Source: Chlamydiota bacterium (GTDB taxonomy: Bacteria > Chlamydiota > Chlamydiia > Chlamydiales > 2-12-FULL-49-11). Taken from it: 64,000 bases of DNA. A program made the position numbers and the translations under genes. The notes below the pieces were generated by a model. The model searched no databases. It was given only the letters and a program-made list of their open reading frames with translations, and was not told where the DNA came from. The stretch is from contig CANJWO010000001.1 of NCBI GenBank assembly GCA_947478685.1, positions 32,092 through 96,091 on the forward strand, read 5' to 3'. How positions within the stretch are numbered: the first letter of the stretch is position 1; each line of letters opens with the position of its first letter. Positions 35,739-45,262 of this stretch are shown in pieces.

Positions 35739-36917
35739 TCATAATAATGTTGAAACGTCTGTCAGTGGCAGTAAAACCGAGAGTAAAACTACTCCAACAA
35801 TTACTCCCAAGATAAGCAGCATAACAGGTTGCAAGAGATTTGTAAATTGGACAAGTGTCCTTTCTAGCTGCTCTTCATAGATATCTGCTACATGCTCTAA
35901 CATCTCTGTTGGATTGCCTGTCTCTTCTGCCGTAGCAAGCATCCGAATCATTAAGGAGGGGAATAATCCAGATTTTTTTAATTCATCTGAAAGCTTCCTG
36001 CCTTGGACAATTCCTTCTTCGGCTTTTTTTATAGCATCTTCAAAACTGACATGATTCATCACACTTCTTGAGAGTTTGAGAGCCTCTACAATAGGGACAC
36101 CACTTGAGAGGAGGACTGCAAGAACTCTAGAGAATCGCATCATAACGCTCTCTGTAAAAACAGTTTTAAAAAATGGTATATATAAGAGCCATTTTTTACA
36201 CTGATCTTTAAATGTCTTGGTTTTTACGACAAAAACTACACCTCCAATTAGACTTGCACCCCCTATCATAAAGAAGATCAAATATTTCTCTAAGCAATTG
36301 CTAATCGCTAAAATTGTTTTTGTAATGGGATGGAGTTCTCTCCCTTCTAATAGCTCTTTCATTGCAGGTATAAGGAAAAGAAAAAGACCTATCAAAACAC
36401 TTAAGCAAAACACTGATAAAAAAGCAGGATAGATCATAGCGGAACTAATTTGTCTTCGAAATTTTTCATTGCGAGAAATTACTTTATAGAGCTGAACAAA
36501 TGCTTTTTCTAAGCTTCCTGTACTCTCTCCTGATGCAACCATCGCAATGTAGACCGAATTAAATGTCTTTGGATAGAGCATCAGAGCTTGAGAAAGGTCC
36601 TTTCCCTGTTTTACCTGGTCACATAGGTCTAAAAAAAGAAAATGAAATTTATGAGATCGATACTTCTCTTCAATTGTGAGCAAGCTCTCATATAAAGGTA
36701 ATCCAGATCTTAAAAGCCCTGATAAATCCCGTGTAAAATGGATGATCGTCTCAGATCCAAGGGAGGCTCTACCCTCTTTTTTAGCAAGCCCCATTTGCGT
36801 GACAATAATTTCACGATTTCTTAAGCGCTCTTTTGCTTGCTCAAGACTATCTGCATCGATAACTCCACGCATTTTTTTTCCATCTAATCCAAGAGCTGCA
36901 TATTGAAATAATGCCAA
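35739..36917 (-). CDS. gspF: Type II secretion inner-membrane platform protein GspF
   Basis: 392 aa. Duplicated GspF-type cytoplasmic domains and three hydrophobic segments. Lies 2 nt downstream of gspE. Confidence 0.88.
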   Translation of the reverse strand: MALFQYAALGLDGKKMRGVIDADSLEQAKERLRNREIIVTQMGLAKKEGRASLGSETIIHFTRDLSGLLRSGLPLYESLLTIEEKYRSHKFHFLFLDLCDQVKQGKDLSQALMLYPKTFNSVYIAMVASGESTGSLEKAFVQLYKVISRNEKFRRQISSAMIYPAFLSVFCLSVLIGLFLFLIPAMKELLEGRELHPITKTILAISNCLEKYLIFFMIGGASLIGGVVFVVKTKTFKDQCKKWLLYIPFFKTVFTESVMMRFSRVLAVLLSSGVPIVEALKLSRSVMNHVSFEDAIKKAEEGIVQGRKLSDELKKSGLFPSLMIRMLATAEETGNPTEMLEHVADIYEEQLERTLVQFTNLLQPVMLLILGVIVGVVLLSVLLPLTDVSTLL

Positions 36918-36919
36918 AA

Positions 36920-38518
36920 CTAGACCTCATCATCTAATTGACGAGAGACACGGAGAACCTCTTCTAAAGAGGTGATTCCCGAGATTGCTAATAGCATTCC
37001 CTCTTTTCTCAAACTGAGCATCCCATCATCTATTGCAATCTTTTGAAGTTTTGTGGCATCAGCACTGATAAGAATTTGGTTTTTAACTTTTGTAGTTACA
37101 GGCATAAACTCGTATAGCCCTTCCCTGCCCCTATATCCCGTCTGATAACAATGTTCACATCCTTTACCACGATATAAAAGGATTTTGCCCTCATCTGCCT
37201 CTTCTTTCGTAATAGCGAGCTCTAAAAGCTCCTCTTTTTTTGGTTTATAAGAGACCTTACAACGGGTACAAATTTTACGAACAAGTCTTTGGGCAAGCAC
37301 TCCAATAAGGGATGAAGATAGAAGATAGGGCTCAATGCCCATATCGACAAGACGTGCAATTGCAGAAGGGGCATCATTTGTGTGTAGTGTACTTACAACT
37401 AGGTGTCCTGTAAGTGAGGCTTGCACAGCAATTTCTGCAGTCTCTTTATCCCGAATTTCACCGATCATAATTACATCCGGATCTTGACGAAGTATATGTC
37501 TTAGACCCTTTGCAAAATTCAGATCTATTTTTGGATTAACACCAATTTGCGCTAGGCCCTCAAGCTTGAATTCAACAGGATCTTCAATGGTCATGATATT
37601 TACTTCAGGCGACCGAATCTCTGAAAGTATGCTATAAAGAGTTGTCGTCTTACCACTTCCCGTAGGCCCCGTGACAAGCAAAATTCCCTGATTTTTTCGA
37701 ATCTGCTTTCGAAGAACAGCGAGCATCTCCCCTCTAATTCCAAGTTCTTGAAGGCCTAAATGTAATTGAGATCTATCTAATATCCTTAAAACAACCCTCT
37801 CACCAAAAACAACCGGAACTGTACTTACACGAAAATCGATCTCACGCCCACCCATACGAAGCTTGATACGACCATCTTGCGGAAGCCTATGCTCTGCAAT
37901 ATCAAGTTTTGCGAGAACTTTAATTCGGGTGGCTAATGGCACTTGAACATCTTTTGAAAGGGTATGTCTAACTTGCAACATTCCATCAATTCGATAACGG
38001 ACTTGAACACCCTTTTCAATCGGCTCTAAATGAATATCCGATGTCCCGCTATTCAGTGCCTCTACTAAAATTGTATTAAAAATTTTAATGATTGAAGAAT
38101 CTGATTCTTGCGCGAGCAGATCATACTCCTCGCCACTCTCAATAACAAGTTCAGAGCCTAGGGTAGGATCAAGCCCTTGAATTACGCTTGATGCATCATC
38201 TCTCTCTGCATAACATCTCTCAATTGCCTCTTCTATCGCCTCCTTCGAAGCCAAAATCTCTTTTACGTGTGAGCCTGTAATACATTTTACTTCACTCGGA
38301 GTCTCTAAATCATAAGGATCATGAACAGCAAGATATAAAATTCCTTCTTCCTCTTTTAGAGGGATCACCCCCCTTTTTTTCACATAGGCATAAGGGAGAA
38401 TTTTAATCTTATCTACAACAAAATCAAATTTAGATAATTCGCGCTCAAAATCAAGTCCTGACTGATCAGCCAATGCTTCTAATTTAGCAAATGGATCAAA
38501 ATTGAGTAGTCGGGTCAT
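36920..38518 (-). CDS. gspE: Type II secretion ATPase GspE
   Basis: Walker A GPTGSGKTTT, Asp box and His box, C-terminal CTRC..CEHC. I use ATG 38518 (MTRLLNFDPFAK..). The track start at 38617 would overlap gspD by 122 nt. Confidence 0.92.
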   Translation of the reverse strand: MTRLLNFDPFAKLEALADQSGLDFERELSKFDFVVDKIKILPYAYVKKRGVIPLKEEEGILYLAVHDPYDLETPSEVKCITGSHVKEILASKEAIEEAIERCYAERDDASSVIQGLDPTLGSELVIESGEEYDLLAQESDSSIIKIFNTILVEALNSGTSDIHLEPIEKGVQVRYRIDGMLQVRHTLSKDVQVPLATRIKVLAKLDIAEHRLPQDGRIKLRMGGREIDFRVSTVPVVFGERVVLRILDRSQLHLGLQELGIRGEMLAVLRKQIRKNQGILLVTGPTGSGKTTTLYSILSEIRSPEVNIMTIEDPVEFKLEGLAQIGVNPKIDLNFAKGLRHILRQDPDVIMIGEIRDKETAEIAVQASLTGHLVVSTLHTNDAPSAIARLVDMGIEPYLLSSSLIGVLAQRLVRKICTRCKVSYKPKKEELLELAITKEEADEGKILLYRGKGCEHCYQTGYRGREGLYEFMPVTTKVKNQILISADATKLQKIAIDDGMLSLRKEGMLLAISGITSLEEVLRVSRQLDDEV

Positions 38519-40919
38519 TCGGATCTCCAAAAAAGAGGTTAAAACTCCGCTGGAATACTCTAGTCTCTTTTCGCTCTCGCGCTTCTCTAATTTGCATAAG
38601 TAGACATTCAATATCACCAGGTCGCTTTTTCAATCGATCTTCTCGTATACGTAATAAATCTTGCTTAGGATCATGAATCACTTTAGGCTTAATAAATATA
38701 AACATCTCATTTGACTTATCATTGAGCATATTTGTTCCAAACAACTTTCCAATACCAGGAATTTCACCTAAGAAAGGGATCTTCTCATTTTTGTCTTCCG
38801 ATTGCTTACTTCGAAGGCCGCCCAAAATAATTGTTTGACCATCTGCGATACGAACCTGATTTTTAACCGTCCTTTTGTGTACATCAGGTCTATCTTTTTG
38901 GCTATCTCTTTTTATATTCTCAAATGAGATATTGTTGTCTAAAGTAACATAGATTAGGTGATCTGGATCGTCTATATCGGGCTCATGAATTGTCGGTGTC
39001 AACGTCATCGTTATACCAAAATCAGCCCGCTCAAAAGAATCTTGGAAAAACACCTTATTACTCTGTGTGTCAACAGGAGATGCCCCATTATTGATCGAAA
39101 TCTGATCGGTAATGGCAATTGTCGCAGGAACCTGATTCAATGTAATGACAGAAGGGCATGCAGAGACCCTTACATCTTCTTGCGAAAGTAAGAAATTATA
39201 CGTTACATCAAAAGCAGGAAATGCCTTTGAAGATGGCCTTGAGAAAAAGAATTCAAATATCCCTTTAACTATTGGTGCATCTGCTCTGTCATAACTGATT
39301 CCGCCAGTCTTCTCTTGAGATGCATTCGTCCCAATTTTCAATAGGTTAATGCCCGTTCGTGTCGAATTATTCAAGATTCGCTCACAAAGAAGGACCTCTA
39401 ATTCGACCATCCTTTTTGGAATATCGAGCTTCTTGATCACCTCTTTGATTTTAGGAAGAGTATCCTTACGAACAACCATCAATATAGATCCAGTAGCTTG
39501 ATAGGGAATAAAATTATGCTTTTTTGATTTCTCTTGATCTAACCCATTTTGATCGAGTGATGATTTCTTCTTATTTCCGGGTTGTCCATCCCAGTTTCTA
39601 AAAGGATCTTGCGAATTCGCGAGCGGGTTACCATTTGGATCCATTGATGGCGGTGAAGGGAGATCATTCATAAACCCATTATCAATTCCCTCTCCAGAAT
39701 CTCTTACTTTAGAGTCTCCCCCTTCTAATTTTGAATAGATAAGAGAGCCATATACTTGCTCCAAGATTTCAGCTAAATCGACCGGATTACTATGGCTACA
39801 TGTGTACCAATATACAGTCACTTCAGATGGATCATCCATCTGACTCTCAGTCTCTCTGACAATTGTCTCGGCCCGATCAACTATATCTTGGCTTCCAATT
39901 AAAATGACTCCACTCTCTTTTGCAAGTGGAAGGACAGACAAATCGTGGCCCCCTTTCATAGCGACCATAGATTTAGCAGGATCCGACAAGCCATTAAAGT
40001 AATTTTTTAAAATTTTGATAACTTCATCAGATTGCATCCGCGTTGTTGCAACCACCTTTGTCACTTTCGGATATTTCGATTCCCATATGTTATCGCACAT
40101 GATAACAAGCTTTTTCACATCTTCTTGAAGACCAATCAGAGCAATCTTAGGGCCAACTTGGTAGATAAAGGTCGATTTTGGATCCCGAATCCTTTCTAAA
40201 AAATAAAAGGCCCCTTTCAGATTTTCAGCAGCGGGGGCAAAAAGATAGGCAACCCTTGTTTTAGGATCGAGTATATCAAGCTCATATCTGTGAGAGGCGA
40301 CAACACTGACAGCTACAAGGTCTTGCTTAAGCACATAAAGTTGTCTTGTATAGACATTTACATCCTTTATCCCAACGCCATTATATTTCAATATCGCTTC
40401 AATAAGTGAGGGAAAACTCTCTCTTGGAATCATTAACGATGAGTGGAGCTGGAGTTTAATTGAAGCTACTTCTGGAGGAATCACATAAAGATAGTCTTGA
40501 GATCCATATTCAACAATAAATTGGGAGATCGTAATTTCTTCCTGTTCCCAAATTCCATAAGGGTCGCTCTCCTTTGAAATTTCGCCTACTTGATCTTCCC
40601 TAAACTTTCCTTCAACTTCATAAATCTCAGTTCGTAGCAAGTTGATATCTTGTAAAAGATCCTCAAATTCACCCTCATCTGCAACTTCTTCAATAAGTTT
40701 ATTCACAAAAGAATATCGACTTTTAAGTTCTTTACGAAGAGAACTTAACATAGAATTTACTTTGGGAACACTATTAGAAACACCAAGTGAAATTTCATTT
40801 TTCTTACCCGATACTTCACTCTCAAAGGATGCCAATTTCTCCTCAATTGTCTGAGATGCCCTTACAGGCAAAAGTCCTCCAAGAACAATCAAACTAATGG
40901 CTATGAAATACTTATTCAT
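38496..40919 (-). CDS. gspD: Type II secretion secretin GspD
   Basis: 807 aa with a signal peptide. C-terminal secretin domain ..ILGGLRS..EKIPFLGEIPGIGKLF..MFIFIKPKVI. Confidence 0.9.
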   Translation of the reverse strand: MNKYFIAISLIVLGGLLPVRASQTIEEKLASFESEVSGKKNEISLGVSNSVPKVNSMLSSLRKELKSRYSFVNKLIEEVADEGEFEDLLQDINLLRTEIYEVEGKFREDQVGEISKESDPYGIWEQEEITISQFIVEYGSQDYLYVIPPEVASIKLQLHSSLMIPRESFPSLIEAILKYNGVGIKDVNVYTRQLYVLKQDLVAVSVVASHRYELDILDPKTRVAYLFAPAAENLKGAFYFLERIRDPKSTFIYQVGPKIALIGLQEDVKKLVIMCDNIWESKYPKVTKVVATTRMQSDEVIKILKNYFNGLSDPAKSMVAMKGGHDLSVLPLAKESGVILIGSQDIVDRAETIVRETESQMDDPSEVTVYWYTCSHSNPVDLAEILEQVYGSLIYSKLEGGDSKVRDSGEGIDNGFMNDLPSPPSMDPNGNPLANSQDPFRNWDGQPGNKKKSSLDQNGLDQEKSKKHNFIPYQATGSILMVVRKDTLPKIKEVIKKLDIPKRMVELEVLLCERILNNSTRTGINLLKIGTNASQEKTGGISYDRADAPIVKGIFEFFFSRPSSKAFPAFDVTYNFLLSQEDVRVSACPSVITLNQVPATIAITDQISINNGASPVDTQSNKVFFQDSFERADFGITMTLTPTIHEPDIDDPDHLIYVTLDNNISFENIKRDSQKDRPDVHKRTVKNQVRIADGQTIILGGLRSKQSEDKNEKIPFLGEIPGIGKLFGTNMLNDKSNEMFIFIKPKVIHDPKQDLLRIREDRLKKRPGDIECLLMQIREARERKETRVFQRSFNLFFGDPNDPTTQF

Positions 40920-42234
40920 CCTTTACCTGCACGGGTAATACTTTTGTATCCTTCTTTTTCAGAGGAGCCGGTTTCTTCCTTTCAGAAAGAACTAGATCAA
41001 CATTTTTAGCCTGTGTTCGTTCTTCATTAAAAAGATGACCCACAAACGATGTTATTCCCTCTTTCTTTACAAGACCATCAAAAATAAACAGTTCCCCCTT
41101 TAAAGCATACCTTAAATAATCATTCACCTCATCAAAAGTTCTTAAATTTCGAAACTTCCCCTTAGAATATAGGAGCCAATCACCTTTTCTTATAATAACA
41201 TTCCTCTTGTGTAATTGACAGGTAACAGAGGCATCTGTCCTTTGGTGAAGCTTTAAAAAAAATTCTTGGACTTTTAGCTGAGATGGTATTGCCATACCAA
41301 TAGCTAGCGTAATAGGCTTACCATACATGCCATCCGTATCCCACAATAGAAGCTCACACTTTTGCATATCAAGCGACTTAATCATCAGAAGGGGAAATCC
41401 TTTAGTAGCTTCTTGAGTCGCCCCCTTTCCCTCCTCCAATCCTCCATCTTTCCAAACAAATAGATCGCCTGGTTTAATAAAAAAAGGAGCCCTAATTTTA
41501 TCGCTATACATTCTATATGAACCCTTTACACCATCAAAACTCTTACCACCATACATCTCGATCAAAAGGTCAGTCTCACAAATTTTCACCTTTCCTAAAT
41601 AGTCAATAATTGGAGCTAAGGTCCCTTTTTCACCATTAGAAGCCAGCTCAAAATCTTTCTTCATCAGAAGCGAAATATTCTGAACTTCCTTATAAATGAC
41701 TTCTTGATTATCACCTTTAAACTCAGCATGTAAAGCGACTTCAACCTGGCCATCGCCTAAAAGATTTGCTTCAAACCAAAACGGACCTATTTCTTCCGAA
41801 AAACTGATCTCCTTTTCATTTTTACAATCCAAAAAGACCTTTTCTCCAATATTTACCAAAAGTTTTTGGCGACTCCCCTCTATTCCAAAAAGAAGCAACT
41901 TCCCATTCTCCACACAATCTGGCCTAGCGATATGCTCTAAAACCACTAATTGCTTGGATAGTTCCGGGAGAGGCAATAGACAGACCCTCTCTTGAGCAGG
42001 CGCGATAAATGAATTTTCTGATAAACTACCCCCCTTACTACTCGGAAAAGAGCGCAAAGAGGAACTTAAAAAAGAATTAGACCAGCTATTTCTTCCTGAA
42101 TCTGATTTTTCCAGAATAACATAATGCATTAATGACCAAAGAGGAATAAGAATAGTCAGACTAAAAAAAAGGGCGTTTCCAGTATTTAAAACCAACTGAT
42201 ACTTATGAATTGAAATCCCTTTATCGACTAGCAC
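40912..42234 (-). CDS. Hypothetical membrane-anchored protein occupying the gspC position of the T2SS operon
   Basis: 440 aa. N-terminal anchor ALFFSLTILIPLWSLMHYVIL. 8-nt overlap with the gspD start. No PDZ or HR motif recognised. Confidence 0.6.
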   Translation of the reverse strand: MLVDKGISIHKYQLVLNTGNALFFSLTILIPLWSLMHYVILEKSDSGRNSWSNSFLSSSLRSFPSSKGGSLSENSFIAPAQERVCLLPLPELSKQLVVLEHIARPDCVENGKLLLFGIEGSRQKLLVNIGEKVFLDCKNEKEISFSEEIGPFWFEANLLGDGQVEVALHAEFKGDNQEVIYKEVQNISLLMKKDFELASNGEKGTLAPIIDYLGKVKICETDLLIEMYGGKSFDGVKGSYRMYSDKIRAPFFIKPGDLFVWKDGGLEEGKGATQEATKGFPLLMIKSLDMQKCELLLWDTDGMYGKPITLAIGMAIPSQLKVQEFFLKLHQRTDASVTCQLHKRNVIIRKGDWLLYSKGKFRNLRTFDEVNDYLRYALKGELFIFDGLVKKEGITSFVGHLFNEERTQAKNVDLVLSERKKPAPLKKKDTKVLPVQVKDE

Positions 42235-42349
42235 ATTATACCTTTTAAATAGAGCTCATTCTACCCCTTTTTCATAAAGCTGGCAACATCTCAAAAAATA
42301 ATTCACATGAGGTGATTGCAATATTCGCTTTTGAGGCAAAAGATGGTGA

Positions 42350-42435
42350 TTTTTTTGCAGGTGCGGTTTTTACGCAAAGTGACATACTTGATTAAAAGTA
42401 GGCGCTTTGCGAAGAATCCGCATCCTGCAAAAAAA
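42350..42435. other. 86-nt nested hairpin in the T2SS / 42544 divergent spacer
   Basis: T7-GCAGG-TGCGG (42350-42366) pairs with CCGCA-t-CCTGC-A7 (42418-42435). The inner pair is CGCAAAG (42373-42379) with CTTTGCG (42405-42411). The loop is 25 nt. Confidence 0.6.
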
Positions 42436-42543
42436 GGACATCTTTTGACCAAAATCGGAATTTTGCAATTACCTCATAAATACAATTGCAAAAAATAGAG
42501 ACGATTTATAAGGTGAAGTTTAAGAAAAACAGAGGACACTATT

Positions 42544-42945
42544 ATGGCAGACGAAGAAAAACCTCGCGGAGGTTTCACGGTATCAGAACTTGAAGATAAG
42601 GCAAAAAAATACGGCTTGGAAATTTGCCTTTGTACAATGTTCATTTTAACAGCAATTTTTACTCTAGTATGGGGAGGGGCAATGATCCTATGGTCGATCC
42701 TTCTTTGTATGATCTTAGGAATCGTAGGCGTTCTCTTCCCAAAACCTGTCAAAAAAATCCTTCACTATGGAATGGAATTTGTTTATAAAGAAAAAGTTAC
42801 CTGCATTATAGCCGCTACAGTCGGTATCGTAGTCAGCATCTTATTGCCAGTAGTTATATTTGCCCTATTTGGACTTATTTCCGGAAAAACAATTGTCAGA
42901 CATGCCTCTGGCTGTACCGGTAACTGCGACACTGTAAGTAAGTAA
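42544..42945 (+). CDS. Small membrane protein (Inc-like hydrophobic domains)
   Basis: 133 aa. Acidic N-terminus, then LEICLCTMFILTAIFTLVWGGAMILWSILLCMILGIVGVLF and a second hydrophobic pair. Confidence 0.6.
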   Translation: MADEEKPRGGFTVSELEDKAKKYGLEICLCTMFILTAIFTLVWGGAMILWSILLCMILGIVGVLFPKPVKKILHYGMEFVYKEKVTCIIAATVGIVVSILLPVVIFALFGLISGKTIVRHASGCTGNCDTVSK

Positions 42946-42961
42946 TTAAGAATTATTCTAC

Positions 42962-42989
42962 ATAAGAGCCTGATTAAACAGGCTCTTAT
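42962..42989. terminator. Hairpin between convergent genes (bidirectional terminator candidate)
   Basis: ATAAGAGCCTG, loop ATTAAA, CAGGCTCTTAT (11-bp perfect stem). The stop codon of the minus-strand ORF lies in the right arm. Confidence 0.6.
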
Positions 42990-43633
42990 GTCGCAGCAAA
43001 GTCGAGAAGAGTAAGATTCTCATCGCTAAAGTGCATGAATATCTCATTAGAAATCAAAGACTTAATCTCTTCCCACCTCACTTTAGAAGGGGCAGATTTC
43101 TCTAATATTTTTTCAAGAAATGCAACTCTTACAAGATTTAATCCATAAAGGTTAGGAGAGCTCTCTTTTAGGAGCTTTTCTCCCATCGCTGTAGATTGCG
43201 TGAGCGCCTCTTCATATTTTCCCTCTTCCATGAGGAGAGAGATTCTTGCATACTCTTGAAAAAGGGGATTAATAAAAGAGAGTCTTTTTAATGAATCTTC
43301 AGATAGCGCCTTGGCTAATGGGAGATTTCCCCCTAATATATATGTCTGCTCTAAATAAGGAGAAAAGACCGGTTTAAGCTCAGGATGCCGCTTTAGTAGC
43401 TGAACAAGTTTAACCTCATCCACCTCTTTTTGCGCCTTAACCTTAATCTGATACAGACCAGACTGCATATAGTCATTTTGAAGCTTTTCCTTACCAGTAA
43501 TCCCTTTCGCAAAAAAAATCACCCCCGCAATAACTACAAGCAAAGCCATCACTATACGCTCTTTCTGCTTCCAGAAAAAGCTACGAAACGAAAACTCTTC
43601 CTTACTATCTTGAACAGGAAATTTAATTTGCAT
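42986..43633 (-). CDS. Membrane-anchored TPR-like protein (hypothetical; YfgM-like architecture)
   Basis: 215 aa. A single N-terminal helix IVMALLVVIAGVIFFA followed by a helical-repeat region. The family assignment is tentative. Confidence 0.55.
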   Translation of the reverse strand: MQIKFPVQDSKEEFSFRSFFWKQKERIVMALLVVIAGVIFFAKGITGKEKLQNDYMQSGLYQIKVKAQKEVDEVKLVQLLKRHPELKPVFSPYLEQTYILGGNLPLAKALSEDSLKRLSFINPLFQEYARISLLMEEGKYEEALTQSTAMGEKLLKESSPNLYGLNLVRVAFLEKILEKSAPSKVRWEEIKSLISNEIFMHFSDENLTLLDFAAT

Positions 43634-43674
43634 CTAACCAATATAGTAGAGAGATCAATTTATTTCTAGACTTT

Positions 43675-44580
43675 TTAAACCTCTTCAAAGCGATCTTTCA
43701 TCATACAAGCAATTGTCTCAATTCGATAATACGGGATAGTTGTAGATCCATTTCTTAATTGTATAAACAAGCTTTTCTCAATTTGAATAATCCCAAAAGA
43801 TTCATAGACAGCTTGTTCATAAGAAGTCGGAGCTTTAATAAACCCTTTTACTTTAGAGACGGCCTCTTTCTCACCCCACCATAACAGAGTACGGGCAACT
43901 TCATTCAAGACCCTACCAACCCTCAAATTTATCATAGGATTTCCAACAAGCTTCAACTGAAGAACAGCATAATCCCTCATAGTTTTTCCCATTTCTGGGC
44001 TGTTATATAGATTCACATCTATCATAAATTCCGACTTAATCTCCTCTTGAAACTGTATTGCCCTCCATCGATAAAATGCTCCCGCCCTTTTTATAATATC
44101 AGGAATCCTAGGCTCAATCACCTCCTCACGATCGATTATAGAAATTTTATCCAAAGCAAACCCCTTCCACTCTTTCGTAAGAGCTCTATGCAGAGCTACC
44201 CCATTCTGACTTGATTGTATAATTGACCAATACGAATGGATCAGATCAGCCTCATATGAAGAGCTCACTATATCAGAACTAACCCCGCATTTAGCCCTTA
44301 CCAGTTCTATATCGGCTTCAATGAGCATGCTTATAACACGGGGATCTCTATAGGCCCGAATCACCACAAGGTCTTTTTTTAGACTAGTCAACCCCCTTCC
44401 TGCTCTTATTCCACTCTCGATTAAGGACATTGTGAAAATTTCAGTCACTACATTTAGTCCCATTCTGGCTGCAATTTTTCTAAGCATGCCAGTCTTTGTT
44501 GGGAGAAAATTAATAAAAGGCCTATCATTTCTAGCCGAACAAAGGTGTTCTCCAACTGAACAATATGGTATAATTGACAT
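43675..44580 (-). CDS. Hypothetical protein
   Basis: 301-aa ORF, tightly spaced downstream of the methyltransferase gene. No motif recognised. Confidence 0.6.
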   Translation of the reverse strand: MSIIPYCSVGEHLCSARNDRPFINFLPTKTGMLRKIAARMGLNVVTEIFTMSLIESGIRAGRGLTSLKKDLVVIRAYRDPRVISMLIEADIELVRAKCGVSSDIVSSSYEADLIHSYWSIIQSSQNGVALHRALTKEWKGFALDKISIIDREEVIEPRIPDIIKRAGAFYRWRAIQFQEEIKSEFMIDVNLYNSPEMGKTMRDYAVLQLKLVGNPMINLRVGRVLNEVARTLLWWGEKEAVSKVKGFIKAPTSYEQAVYESFGIIQIEKSLFIQLRNGSTTIPYYRIETIACMMKDRFEEV

Positions 44581-44608
44581 ACAAACTCCTAGTGAATAGG
44601 AGAGTATA

Positions 44609-45211
44609 TCATGAAATAGGATTTTTTAAACACTTACGAAAAACAAGAAATGAGATATCGGTGTTTTTACCCTGATACCAAGGAATATCTTGATATCTTT
44701 TGTACCCCCGCTTTACATGCTTATGTAAAACAAAGTCATGAGACCTAAGTAATTGCACATAGTCGGAAAGTTCTCGATTAAATACGGCAGGAACACCTTC
44801 TCGCCTCCACTCTTTTCCTAAAATCTCAGAGACAATTAGCCACTTGCATCGAAATTGTTGCAATGTCGCATGCAACTCTCTATCACTTAAATGCAAAAAA
44901 ACCATATAAGCAAGGTAAAGCTCAGCACCCATCACATCATTAGTTAATATAGAAAACTGATACTTATCAAACTTAGATTTAGCCTCTTCTATTACCTCGG
45001 GACTTATATCTACACCTAAATATTTCTGTGGATCAAAGCTCTCACAGAGCCGCCCATATCCACATCCAAAATCGATTACACTATTATAACCAACCTCTTC
45101 TGAAAGATTTCGCAACACTCCCTGAACATCAAACCCCTCAGGAAATTGGCCAAACCCCTTAGGAATAACATGTTCCAACCCTTCTTCTCTCCAAAAATCT
45201 CTTCCCTGCAT
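44609..45211 (-). CDS. Class I SAM-dependent methyltransferase
   Basis: 200 aa. Motif I VIDFGCGYGRLC followed by YLGVDIS. Confidence 0.7.
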   Translation of the reverse strand: MQGRDFWREEGLEHVIPKGFGQFPEGFDVQGVLRNLSEEVGYNSVIDFGCGYGRLCESFDPQKYLGVDISPEVIEEAKSKFDKYQFSILTNDVMGAELYLAYMVFLHLSDRELHATLQQFRCKWLIVSEILGKEWRREGVPAVFNRELSDYVQLLRSHDFVLHKHVKRGYKRYQDIPWYQGKNTDISFLVFRKCLKNPIS

Positions 45212-45262
45212 AGCCTCACAATACTCATCTCCCTATTTTCCCACAACCCGTTTAAAAAAGAA

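Noticed and set aside
38519-38617. 33-codon N-terminal extension of gspE given by the longest ORF
   Set aside because: It would overlap the gspD 3' end by 122 nt. The internal ATG at 38518 gives the usual GspE N-terminus (MTRLLNFDPFAK..) with only a 23-nt overlap.
42316-42498. 60-aa ORF (TTG start) in the T2SS upstream spacer
   Set aside because: The product is a basic low-complexity peptide that lies exactly over the nested hairpin (T7...A7). It has a non-ATG start and no Shine-Dalgarno sequence. The structured non-coding element explains it better.
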